NCBI GenBank assembly: GCA_964247055.1
Contig: OZ176056.1
Location: 5,580,001 to 5,644,000 of the forward strand
DNA from: Paragordius varius
Taxonomy: Eukaryota > Animalia > Nematomorpha
Direction: 5' to 3'
DNA: 64,000 bases
Part shown: piece by piece, positions 12,330 to 24,600 of the stretch
Layout of the letters: each line of letters opens with the position of its first letter
Position numbering within the stretch: position 1 is the stretch's first letter
The notes under the pieces: generated by a model
Seen by the model: only the letters and a program-made list of their open reading frames with translations
Databases searched by the model: none
What the model was told of the DNA's origin: nothing
Made by a program: the position numbers and the translations under genes

Positions 12330-15050
12330 AATTAAAAACACATTGGGATATTTTGAGAGAATGAAACACCATAGTAATTAATGCATACTACGCATAGAAT
12401 GAATATTTAAAAGTCAGATTTGTAATATAAGGTATACTTTGAGGTTATAAAGTTTATGGGCTAGGTTCAGGGATTGGAATTGTCAAAAAATAGGTGAGTA
12501 TAGGTGAGTGTCATCAGTAGTTTGCTACGATAGCTGGCGCCAAAAGATTTAAGAAAGCCTGACACAATTAAAAAACGAATCTGAAATCCCAAAGCTTTCT
12601 GTTCATCGCTCCTGCCTCATATTATCAGGTGTAGAAGCTCAAGAGTCCAAATTTTAGTTGATCCAAATGCTTCAATTAAATTTTTTACCGGCTATATCAA
12701 AAAAAACCTAGTTAACCTTTGGTAACATTTTTAATAATTGTGGTTTCGACTTTTCCTAAGATCACTACTATTGACATTTAATGCAATCAGTACCAGTTTT
12801 TGGTCAATCATTAACATTTGCATGTTACACCTATTCTCGAATAAAGAGTCACCTTCACTAAAATAAATAAAAGCCAAAAAGCATTCGAAAAGATACATTT
12901 TGATTGCGCTAATTGCCAAACCAGCTTTTTACCTTCATAAACCCGATAGCATTTTGCAAAGTATCAAAAGTGGTAAAATTTATAATAATATAATTTTGGG
13001 TTTTACACAAAATAAAAGTTTTGCAACAAAAAGTGATTATTTAAATTGGGAATATTTATTTTAAAATATTCATTTAACCATTCGTGACGGTAATTTATTA
13101 ATTACATTATGATAATTTAGCAAAGAATTTTTTCAAATTTTGTGACGCAACTACAAAAAGACACTATATCTTATGTGTTATATAAGATTTATACGTTTGA
13201 TTGTTAATTAAAGGATAATCATTAATCATTTTAACAATCATATTTAATTGCTATCAAATTAACTAATTTGATAATGATTTTTTGTATTATATTCCACTCT
13301 ATTTGAGTGTGATCACTGCCTGACTTTAATTATATATACCTACAAATTTCTTATTAGTGATTCTTGATATTGACAATTCATTCAAATCCAAAATTTTCAA
13401 TTAACACACTTTAAAAAAAATAAAAATTGATACCACTACGTGGCACAAGATCATAAAACGTATAGATTCTGTATATCGGTGAACGATTTCTTATCATGAT
13501 TAATGTTACTGTATGATCAGGATTGGTAAGACTTTGCTTTAATTTTATAGTCTGCTAAAAAATTTGTTTGACCTGCCAAATCGCGACTTCGGTAAAATGA
13601 TTTATAGTCAACTACTTTTGTAAATGCCATACTTTATTATATAACATGAAAAACAATACCAATTGAAATCACACAGACAAAACGTATAATCTAAAAACAT
13701 ATTTTTTTATGTAGACAACCATATTTTCCCAATTATTTAATCCCAATAAATATAGATTAAGTTTAACATTTTTACTCTTCCTATGATATGGAAATATTAA
13801 AATCAAAGACATAATAATTGTGGTTGTCTTTTAGAAAATAAAACTTCCTCGTATATTTTTATTCTAACTGTACAATTATCATTATAGTGGAAATATTGTG
13901 AGCCTAACCTTTCTTTCTTCTTTCCAGAAAAATTTAACTTTTGACATAAAAATGAAACGTGGTAAGAAAGATCCCCTGTTTTTAAATAGCACAAATGGCA
14001 TCAAGTCCACACAGAAAAACCAATATTAATACGCTAGAAGAAATCATATAAAAATATATATCTTGTAAAGCAGTTTTTTACTTACCGTACATTCTTTTAA
14101 ATTGGAAATGATTTCATTGTATTAACGAACACGATACCCCACCCTTAAACAAATATTTAATAGCAAGTTTTAATATGGATTCCGGATAATATTCTCTTAG
14201 AGCTTTAAACGCTCTTTATAATTTACATTATACATAAATAGGTAAATTAAAATCAGTCAAAAAGTATTTAATTACGTTGTTCTATACAAATGCAATGTTT
14301 TCTAAAAGCACGATAAAAACAAAAAGAATCAATTTAACTAAAACCATAAATAGTAGTAAATGTTTATATCTACTGTCTGATTTTGGGTTAAACCAATAAC
14401 TTTTGTTATCGCTTATGCGGGCAGATTTCGCTAACGCGATTTCAATAACTGTCATTCGTGATACCATTATATGATTATATATTTTTACTTGATTATCTTC
14501 TGTAAATTCTGACATATAATCATTAATAACAAATCAAAATTATTTATGTACAAATCTGGTTATCATAACAGTTTAACACAGGGTTACTGACCAAAAATGA
14601 CCTTCCGCAAAAATGTTTTTTTTCAAGAGCCACTACAAAGTCCAACATATATTTCATGCTTCAATAGCGGTTATTTATAAACTAAATTAGTAGACCAAGG
14701 TTTTTGCCGGTTAACACAAACATTTTTTGTAATAAAATCTTCTACAAAATGGCTATATATTTTAACATTGACCAATATTTTTTGATAAATGTGGTTATTA
14801 GAACAGGCCAATCTAACATCATCCTCTGTCATTGGTATATTTAGTTTTTAAATATGCCACCTCGATCCGATTTAAAACAATCAGGATAATTTACATTGTA
14901 TATTTTAATATTTATTAACTGGGATATATAAGTTCAGATGTATATGATCACAATACCGAAGAAAAATCTTAGATAAATTAAAATTCTATAATTAAATGAA
15001 TATAACGGAATTCTTAAAATACTGGAAAATTAATAAATATCGATCGCAAC
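12330..15050 (-). CDS. ANAPC2: Divergent anaphase-promoting complex subunit 2 (cullin-homology region), multi-exon, possibly a pseudogene
   Basis: Collinear motifs: NYPD...EDDVRLAC (~14900-14810); LYRTTAFKALREYYPESIL (cf. LYISAIKALRVLDPSMVIL); SSSVLILVFLCGLDAI (cf. SSDIISLLVSIYGSKDLF); RLGSQYFH (cf. RFGEAPMH); VKLNLYLLGLNNW; FAKCYRVYEGKKLVWQ; PVKNLIEAFGSTKIWTLELL (cf. PVQAVILLYFQDQASWTLEEL); IRFLIVSGFLK. Exon structure only partly resolved; in-frame TGAs at 14114-14116 and 12617-12619. Confidence 0.62.
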
Positions 15051-15239
15051 CAAAAAAAATATATTTAATTCAGGGCTATAACAAATCGTTTTTATGGCCG
15101 CATGCGACACGTAGTCCTCTGTTAGTATGGCTGCTCTTTTAAGTTTACGAATGATAAAAAATTACATGGCCAATTTAAAACAAAAATCATACCAGGTGTT
15201 TTTTAAGCGTAAAAGCTATTTCATATATAGCCATCTTGA

Positions 15240-18200
15240 GTTTTAATGGAGATCACAAGTAATGTCAATAACGGTAAAAGGATAAATTTATTGTATATAT
15301 TCATTGTTATATATATTAGGTATAAATGTATTCACATATATCAAGGTGAAGTGCTTGCTTTTTTACAATTTATACAAAGTATAATAATGATAGTAAAATG
15401 TGGGCGGGAGGTTTCTAACAATACTCAAACATAAGTTACAAGGTTAATCTAATAATAGATTACTAATGTTGTTTGTGTGGTTAATCTAATAGTACAATAT
15501 AAGATTCAATTAAATTAGTCTGTCAGTTACCACTATAACATCAGTACCCCCTTCTAGCGAAAGCGGGTGGGTTTCTGACGACATCTTGTCGGGTACCGTC
15601 GCTCCTGTATTTTTGTGGGGAAGTTGGTTGTCGCAGATACCTGGGTATTATCATTTGGAGTTTTGGCTGTCGGGGTAATCGGTTCGGTTTCGTCGCTTTT
15701 GCGTTTCGGCAATTGTTCCATCGTCCTTTACGTGTTACATCCTCCTTACTTGTGTTGCTGGAAGTGGTAGTTTGTTGTAGTGGTTGGTATACCATTTGGT
15801 CGGCGTGCTTCCATACGACTTTCTCCGGGTCTTTGTCCCATACCTTGTATGAAAATAACCCTGTACGCTCTCCGGCGCGCCACTCTGGACTTAGCTCATT
15901 TTTAATCATTACTGGATTATTAATGGCAAACTGACGTCGGGGTGCCGGTGCATCTAACAATTTTGCCCTACTATATAACTAGGTTAAGGGGGGTGTGTAC
16001 GCTTGAACATTAATTGAACCAGGATCTCTTTAGTTGTCGAGTGTATAGAGTTTCTATACGCCCATAGGCTAGTGTTAAACGCTTCGTGGGTGGATATCGC
16101 ATTATTTTTTATTCTTTTGTATTTATTTTTTATTGTACCTACCTTCTCTACCATCCCATTACTCTTAGGATGGTAGGGGGTAACTTAATATGTTTCACCC
16201 CTAACCTACATAAGGTTGACGTGAAGTACCCATTGATAAAATGCGAAACGTTATCGCTAACGATTTTTCTTGCAAGCCAAACCTTGCAACGTTTCTTCTA
16301 CTTTATGGATTATATTCGCTGTGGTTACCTTTTTCAAAATTAACCCTTCTGCCCATTTCGAGGCACTATCAATTATCAACAACCAATAATAACCGTCTAC
16401 TGGTCCGGCTTCAATATGCAAACGCTCCCACACAGCAACATTATGATCCCACTGATACGTGGAATTCTGAGCATTTGGTCTACTACGTTGGCACGATTCG
16501 CATTGACTTCTGGCTTTTACCAGGTCATTTTCTAATTCTGGCCAATAACACGTAAATCTGGCTTTCGCTTTCATGGTCTCTACGTTGTTATGACCGCTGT
16601 GTAGGTATCTCACCACCTCTTTTTGGAGAGGCTTCGGAATTATAATCCGATCATTTAAATTTAATAAGCCATATTGATATGCCAACTCGTCTTTACAGTT
16701 TAAAGATTTTCTAATTCTAGACTCTAGTCATGCTTGTTTAACGCTTTAATTACTTTTTGTAATACTGGATCTAATGCGGTTTCTTTTCGAATATCATCTC
16801 TGCTTAACCGCACGTTATGACAATTCAAAATCTCAGATATCTGGTAATCGCATAATCTTCATCGTAGGCACCGATCTCCTTAATCGGCCATCTCGGTAAA
16901 TAATCAGCTCTATTTTAAGCCCCCTTTTGATGAATTATTTCAAAGTCGTATTCATTTATCATATTAATCCATCTTATTACTTTAGCATTATGAACTTTAA
17001 AATTTTGATCTGTATTTATTGACTTTACTAAGGGTAAATGGTCAAATATTATAAATTTTCTACCATATACGAAACTATGAAACTTTCTTAAAGCAAACAA
17101 TACTGCTTCCAATACCTTCTCGATAGTGGAATAATTCCTTTCAACGTTGCTACACTTTTGTGAGGCATACGCGATCGGTATTCTTTCACTATTAACCTCA
17201 TGACTTAAAATAAACTCGAATCCTAAATCTGACGCATCAGTTTCTATTATCGATTTCCTATTCGGGTTATATGGTGTTAAAAACACTTTTCGCTTAACAA
17301 ATTCTTAGCTGCAAACCAGCTTTTCTCATGTTTCTCGGTCCAAGACCATCTCGGATTTTTACGAGTTAATTCATGTAAGGGACTGATCATTTGTAATTTT
17401 GGTATTGATATGTAGTGGATAGTACAACGTTGCATCATTATATTTTCTTACATCATTTTATTATATTAAGCGCATCTTACGTTTATGTTTGTGCGTCATT
17501 ATTCGTGGAATTCTTATATATATATTCGTAAAATAAAAGACATATTCTTACAATTGTGACGCACATGCATGTTAAAATTATCATTAATTAAAAAAGTATA
17601 AATATATCGAAATTCTTAATAAATTATAATTGTTTTGTATTTTCATCACCGATTCGTTATATTCGATACATTATAGGTATAAAGCGTTCATGAAACGTCA
17701 AAAAATCTAAAAAACTACGTAATGACTTTTTATCTACCGGCCTTTTTAGTTCCTTGATTGCTTTAATTTTGCTTTCACAGGGACTTATACCCTTTTTCGA
17801 TATTTTAAATCCTAAATAGTTTACTGATTCTGCGCCTATCATTATTTTATCTTGTCTTAATTTAAATCCGGCCTTATCGAGACGACTTAATACGTTATTT
17901 AAATTGTTAATGTGCTCATTTTCCGTCCTACCAGTCACTAGGACGTCATTAAAATACGCAAATTCCCGGACTTACAGCCAGCACCTGTTCCATCACCCGT
18001 TGAAAGATGATGGGATCTAAAAATAAGTTTATGTGTTGAGATAGTTAACAAATCTTGCCACTCCTCTGCCACTGGCATTTGGAGGTAAGCATTTTTTAAA
18101 TCAATATGTGAGACCTTCGCTTATTTTCGACAACTCATCAAACGTGGGGATTATATAAGAGTCTTCTTGCAACCACTTATTAATCGTTACCCGAAAATCA

Positions 18201-18440
18201 CTGCATATGTTTAATTCGCCATTCGTAAGTACATTAACCGTAGGCGTGGCCCATGTCACAGGTGTTATGTTAGGATCAACTGGTTCTAAAAGCCTAACTT
18301 TTCTAGTCTCGTCGGCTCTTTCTCCATCTTTTCTCTCAATGGAAAAGGCACCCGACATGATAATGCTTTCGGGATCGCATTCGCTGCAATGGAATTTTTA
18401 CAGGGTCTTTATAACACATCCTGCTTATTTTCGAATATTT
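15240..18440 (-). mobile_element. Gypsy/Ty3 LTR retrotransposon, 5'-truncated and disrupted
   Basis: Order is RT (18358-17657; WATP, ICSDFR, YFNDV), RNase H (ETDASDLG...AYAS...YS), integrase zinc finger (HSGH...CESC). A purine tract precedes TGTTATAG at 15540 (3' LTR, about 15540-15240). The integrase core is cut at about 16257 by a ~290-bp unrelated insert. Confidence 0.9.
17406..17675. mobile_element. Solo-LTR-like 270-bp insertion in the Gypsy pol
   Basis: Flanked by a 5-bp duplication GGTAT (17401-17405 and 17676-17680) and starts with TG. Removing it rejoins RFIP|KLQMISPLHELT. Confidence 0.7.
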
Positions 18441-19652
18441 TATATTTTTCAACAAACATAAATGTAAAAAGTTGGAGAGTTAAAGGGTTAAATTAAAATT
18501 AATTATCTAAAATTAAATGAGATTTCTATAATTTGTGATTTTAGGCTCTCAATCAAACAAAATTTTCGCATTAATTACAAAATTAAATAATTTAAAAAGC
18601 TATTAAAATATATATTTTGATTTGTGCCTTGTTTTATCTAGGTAATTACACGATAATTGTTTTACCAAAAATATTAAATTAAAAAACCACCTATATTTTT
18701 ATTATTTAAATTTAAATATAATATGTTACACAAAAAATGATAAATCTTAAAAACATAAACAATTTAACCGATAATTAAAAATAATGTAGTGGAAACGGTA
18801 TATAATTAAATATTTATAAAAAATAATACATGTTTGCCGTTCGCCTGTGTCACCCCACACAAAGACATCACAAATATAAAGGCATAAATATAGCATAAAA
18901 CGTTAGGGTTGTCTAGAACCACCCAATATTAAATTATTATCAAAGAACATGATGGCTAAATTTATATAAAACATTAAAATTTCAGTCAAAAAATGCATTA
19001 ATATTACGATCATGTATCCTTTATTTTATCAAAAATTTATTTTTTTTGTTAAATGGGTAATATTTGGTATAGAATATAAAAAAAACATGAGCTCTATGTT
19101 GATTCTTATAATTTTTGATGAATATGATATTGGTAATTCAATAGAGCTCTTGCTTTTTCCATTCTTTACCAAATATTTATACCCATTTAAACAAAAAAAA
19201 TAAATTTTTAATAAAATTAAGGATACATGACTGTAATTAATATTCCAGTTTATAATGTACTGCTTAGGCTATTTGATAATAATTTTATAAATTACATTTT
19301 AAGGATAATATGTCAAATTACATAGCAAAACTATATTTAAAATATTCATATTTCATAGGTTATTATATGTCCCTTTAACATACTGTATTGTAAGTTAACC
19401 AATTGATTCATTTACATATATAATGTATAATAGTTCTAAAAATTTGAAAAAATTTGTAGAAAAGGTGGTTTTCATGTAAACACTTGTAACAGACCAAATA
19501 ATAATATAATCGAATCCTTGAACTCCATTCATATAACATATATTCAATTTGTCAAAAAAACTCTTAATAATTATTTGTAATAGTTTTCCTCACACAAGTT
19601 TTATAAAACCAAATTTTTTTTTATATTTCGTTGTAAAAAATATTTTATCGCC

Positions 19653-21313
19653 ATGACTAAATTTGGAATATTCGTTCTTTTAGCCTGCTTATGTATGTTA
19701 TTCGTAGATTGTCAGGGTAAAAGACATTTTAATAAAATATTTTAAGGGGTTTCCAAGCCCAGCCGTATGCGGCCCTATGTAAATGTTATGCCGCCCACGA
19801 GAAAATGATAGAAAACTTTATGAAATTTAAATAAATTCTTTATTAATAAAATTGTCTTAATAAATCTTTCCGCGGCAATAAACTAGAAAAATTGTTAAAA
19901 TATACAGCCTTTTTTACAGTTTAATGTTTTAATAAAACATTTATAAATGCCCATATGTTTCGTGAATGCTGCCCGCCGGGTTTTAGAAAATGCTGCCCGC
20001 GAAGCCACTGTTGGAAACCCCTGATATAAAGCAAACAAACCGAAAAAATTTTAATAGCCAATTATAAAAATATATTTCTTTATTAATCAATTTTTCAAGA
20101 AAATCTAATATTTATTTTAAAGTGAGCCGAAAATTCAGACATTATAAATATTAAATTTATTTTGTAGTATTTTAAAAATATTAATTAATGTAAAATTTGA
20201 GAATGTTTTAAAAAGCTAGTTTTAATTTTTTGCGATATAAAACATCCGATTAAACAATCGACATTTGATAAAAAGCTTTTTTATTAAGTAAACTTGTTCT
20301 TTATGCTAAATATAATTTTTTATTTTATTATGAAAATAATTAGATTTAAATTAAGGTTTTATTATATGCATATCAGAAAATTTTGTCAAATTAACATTAA
20401 TATGGCACATTAGGGTAAAATGATGATTGCTTTCATTGACAATATTATGATTAAAATTTTAGCCATTTGATTTATAAATAAAAATTTTACGAAATTTGTT
20501 AGATTTAATTTCCTTATATGCGGTGCAATGTCCAATTTTTACCTTAAATTCCAAAATTTTCTATAAAAAAGGACCAAATCAAAAAATGCTACCAAAATTT
20601 TAACACTATATATATATATATTTATATATATATATCATATACATAAAATTAGTTCGAAGTGGTAGTGTGGCTGAATTAAAGGAGCTGGAAAGAAAATTTT
20701 ATGAATTGCAACGTGAACAAACCGAATATATAAATCTGCATGGTAAATATTATTTTTGGTGAAATACCCCGATTTAAAATTATATACAAATTCAAGATTT
20801 AGATTCTAATATTAAAATTTGATTCAAAAACAGTATTTAGGTATCATTCAAAAGTTTTTCGTATTAAAAAGTCTGAACTGTTATCGAATAATTTTATCAG
20901 TTTATTCGTGAAAAACTGATTCAATTAGTATAAAAAAGAAAAAAAAATGTATAAGTGTATGTGAGAAAAATGCACATGCAAATTTTATTCGGGGACGTAT
21001 TTTTTAATTGCAAGAGGTGTTTAAAAGGTTGTTAGGGTTTCATTTTTTAAATATTTTTACATTAGACTTTTATGAGCTGGGAACAACTTTTTTCGACAAA
21101 TTTAACAAATGTCAGCGAGAAAAACTATAAAAAAATAGTGATATTTCTTTGGTACAAGAAATTATTTATTTTAAATTCCTACACAATTTTTTTAAAGGTA
21201 TCAAAGAATTTTGCAAGCAAAAATGTGATGATTATCAGTATAGTCGATGTGGTGAATGCAAGGAATATTTGGATCAAATATATGGTACTAATCCACCAAC
21301 CTTACCCCCATAA
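19653..21313 (+). CDS. Small secreted four-cysteine protein, 89 aa, 3 exons, no recognised family
   Basis: Exons 19653-19716, 20653-20742 and 21198-21313; both introns GT-AG, phase 1. Product: MTKFGIFVLLACLCMLFVDCQVRSGSVAELKELERKFYELQREQTEYINLHGIKEFCKQKCDDYQYSRCGECKEYLDQIYGTNPPTLPP, ending TAA TAG with AATAAA downstream. Confidence 0.75.
19744..20023. mobile_element. hAT-like MITE
   Basis: TIR (C/A)AGGGGTTTCCAA...TTGGAAACCCCTG with internal gcggccc/gcccgc motifs. A related element lies at about 23620-23900. Confidence 0.65.
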
Positions 21314-21652
21314 TAGATATATATGTGAAATAAATAATAAATTTATTATTATAATAACAAATAAATGTGTTAATTTTTAACTACATCAATATGAAAATGC
21401 TGCAATAATGATTTTTTAGTAAAATAACGAAAGAACTAAAATGTTTGAAATGATTATACTTTAAAGATATATCTATACATATTTATATAAACTTAAATAA
21501 GTAACATGACTTTCGTTGGTTATTACATGATAAATAGCGGGTTTAACTGATTTTCTACGAATCTACAAGAATGAGCTATAAAATTCTTATAATAACTAAT
21601 AATTTTTTTAAAAATTGTAAAAAAAATGGGTATTAATCTCAATTTTAGGAAA

Positions 21653-24600
21653 TTATATATCAAATAAATTGATTGGTACAAATTCAAGCTTTATATCATC
21701 AAACTTTTCCAATGACCCATAGATTTGGTTTAAAGTTTTTTGGTTACGGAAATAGGCATAATCTTCGTAAACTGAAACACACAATGGTGTTTGAGCCAAC
21801 AACCGAACATAATGATGTAATAAATGAAATCTAGATTGGGTACAATTAAATTTATTAACATTATAGGAAAATGTGATTTCAAAATATTAATTTTATTCTA
21901 AATTACCATTTATACACTTTAAGTCCCCTAACTTAGCATATTTCTTTTTAATGTTAATTTAAGATTCCTAATTAATTAAACATTAAAACATTTCTTATAT
22001 TCGATTAAATCATATATATCATTCTGGGATATATTTCATATAGGATCAATTTTATGCTAAATTATATAATTTTTTATAAAAATTTATTTTTTTGTTAAGT
22101 GCTGTGTTAAAATAATAAATATATTTTTTTCACGACTAAGGAAATATTTAAATTTTTTTTATTTAATTTAATCAAAATGTAAATAGGAAAAATAAATAAT
22201 GCAAAATAAGAAATAATAAATATTATATACAGTAAAAATTTAAATTATACGGACAAAACGTAAAATTATAAAGACAATTATTTTAAAGGACAACTATACT
22301 TTCTACTTGAATTTTTGAAATATTACAGATTTTTTTAAAAGTATGGTTGTCTTTTAGAAAAAAAATTTGTCCTTATATTTTTACGTTTCATCCGTAAAAT
22401 TTAAGTTTTTAATGTTAGTTCTCTTTAATAAAAAGTCATTTAATAGAAATTTTGTAATAGAGTAAAATTAATTAAGGAGATTTTAAGGGTAAAATTGGAA
22501 ATAAAAAAATAAACTTACCTAAATAGCTGTATTATGAAGGCCCTAACCATATCGATAGAGGTGATATTATTCACATTACTACAAGATTCATCTATTTGAC
22601 AAAAATGATCGGCATCATTTATAGCTTTATATTTGGTACCATTACGATTGTTGTGAATGACTTCCCCTTTAATAATATGCGCGTTGGTAATATTATGATT
22701 TGGGGCAAAATTGATTGCTGAACCCTTTAAACAAAACGTTTTTTGAATTTTTGAAAATAATGCTAGGATTGAATTCATATTCCGAATGGTTACATCATCC
22801 CAACCTTGACTGTGGAAACAAAGGAGTTTGCGCAAAAAATCATTAACATAACCTATTGTAGAATAGAACATATTTTAGTAACTCTAAATATTATTCTAGT
22901 CAAAAGTAAAATTACATAAAAAAAGTAAAAGATATATATGTTAGGACAATTATATTTTTGCTAAATATTAATTTTTTAACCAATTGTTTTGGTTTGCTAT
23001 AAATTGGTCACCTATTATAATTTTAAAATCATAAAAATTTAGGTTAGAAATAATCAAGGATAAAAAAATGTGTTTTCATAAAAAAGTATTATCGTTTTAA
23101 CATTTTAACATTAAAATTATCACTTTTTCTTTGAGTTAAAAATGTAAAATGGTGTAAAATATAACCCAAAAAAGTCCATAGGTTTTCATCCTTGGAAGAG
23201 TCAAAAAATTTTGAACTAGGATACCGTCGATATGCCATAAAAAAGCGTTCCATATAACTGAGTAAACCATCGTTAGGATTGCAAATTAGTATGATTATTT
23301 GAGTGTTTAGCTAAATATAAAAAAAATTTAAAGCTAAAATGAAATTTTGAATTAAATCGTTTACGAAAGAGCTTAAATTGTTATTATTAATAAAAATGTG
23401 CCGTTAAAATAAGAGAAAATAATGTTAAAAAGTGTGTTTAATAAAAACTATTTGGCCCTAAAATAATTTTTTGAAAAAATCCTTATACTACAATTAAAGA
23501 TGTTTGAATCTTTTAATAAAATAATTTGTTTTTACATTTATCCTTAGGCAATATTTCGCATTGAAGCATTAATGTATATTGTATGCTCATTCGTATTTTA
23601 ATAATAACACTAGTCTAAAGGAGGGATGCCCAGCATAAATGGTTTCGCAGGCCGCATTCGAAATATATATATATGGGCATTAATTTACAATCTATTTATT
23701 TTTAAAATATAAAATTCATATACAATATTGCAATTTTTTTAATTCTCGCCAATTGGATAGGGTTATTTAGAAAAATTGGGTAAGAAATATCAATTTTAAT
23801 TAAATTTTATTGGCTTATTTTGGAAATTATAGATTTCCATAATTTTCGCGGGCCGCACATAAAGTTTCTTAGAACGGCTTTTTAGACACTCCTGGTCTTA
23901 AGTATTAAACTTTGCATAGCAAATACTTTAAAAAAATTAATTCTGTTTAAATAAATTGAGTTGGTTGAAAATATTAAGTCAAATCTTATTTTAAGTAACA
24001 ATAAAATATAATATATGGTTTATATCCAATTTATTTTGCAAATATAAGTTCTTAAAAACACATTTTTGCTATTTTTCAAATTATTTAAATGGTAATTATA
24101 AAAAAGATATTTCTATATTTTTTGATAAAATACCTATATAATTAGTATGGACAATAAATTATTTACATTTTTAATGTTCACATCATATTCGTTAGGATTA
24201 TTTCCTTTGAATTTTGCCAGGAACCCAATCTTTTCCCGCAAAGCAGTTAAACATACCTGATATTGTTCCAACAATATCTTTTGTTGATCATATATTTGAG
24301 TTAGGGTTAATTCGGTATTTAAGTTGGTAGAATTGTCAAATTTTTCATTTAACACATCTATATTGCAAATATTTTTGAAAGTTAACGATTGCCACAAAAT
24401 AGTGCAGCCAATTTTAAAATAAAATTCTAATAATAGATGTAACAACTCATAAATTTAATAAATAATGTAGGATATTCAAAAATATAGCAATATCTTAATT
24501 TTAAAATAACATGAATAAAAGTCTTACCATGAGATTTAATTTTGGAATTTTCGGAGATTGTGTCATATAGAGTACGAATATCTTTTATAAAATAAAACAC

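Noticed and set aside
12617-14116. UGA reassignment or readthrough, suggested by two in-frame TGAs in the APC2-like gene
   Set aside because: Conserved Trp residues elsewhere are TGG. The one apparent TG|A junction in DENND5 resolves with the acceptor at 46174 (TG|T). No support exists outside this one locus.
14300-14360. Hydrophobic transmembrane segment in ORF 14282-14515
   Set aside because: The T-rich stretch is better explained as a 37-43-nt intron. Removing it gives the APC2-like LYRTTAFKALR.
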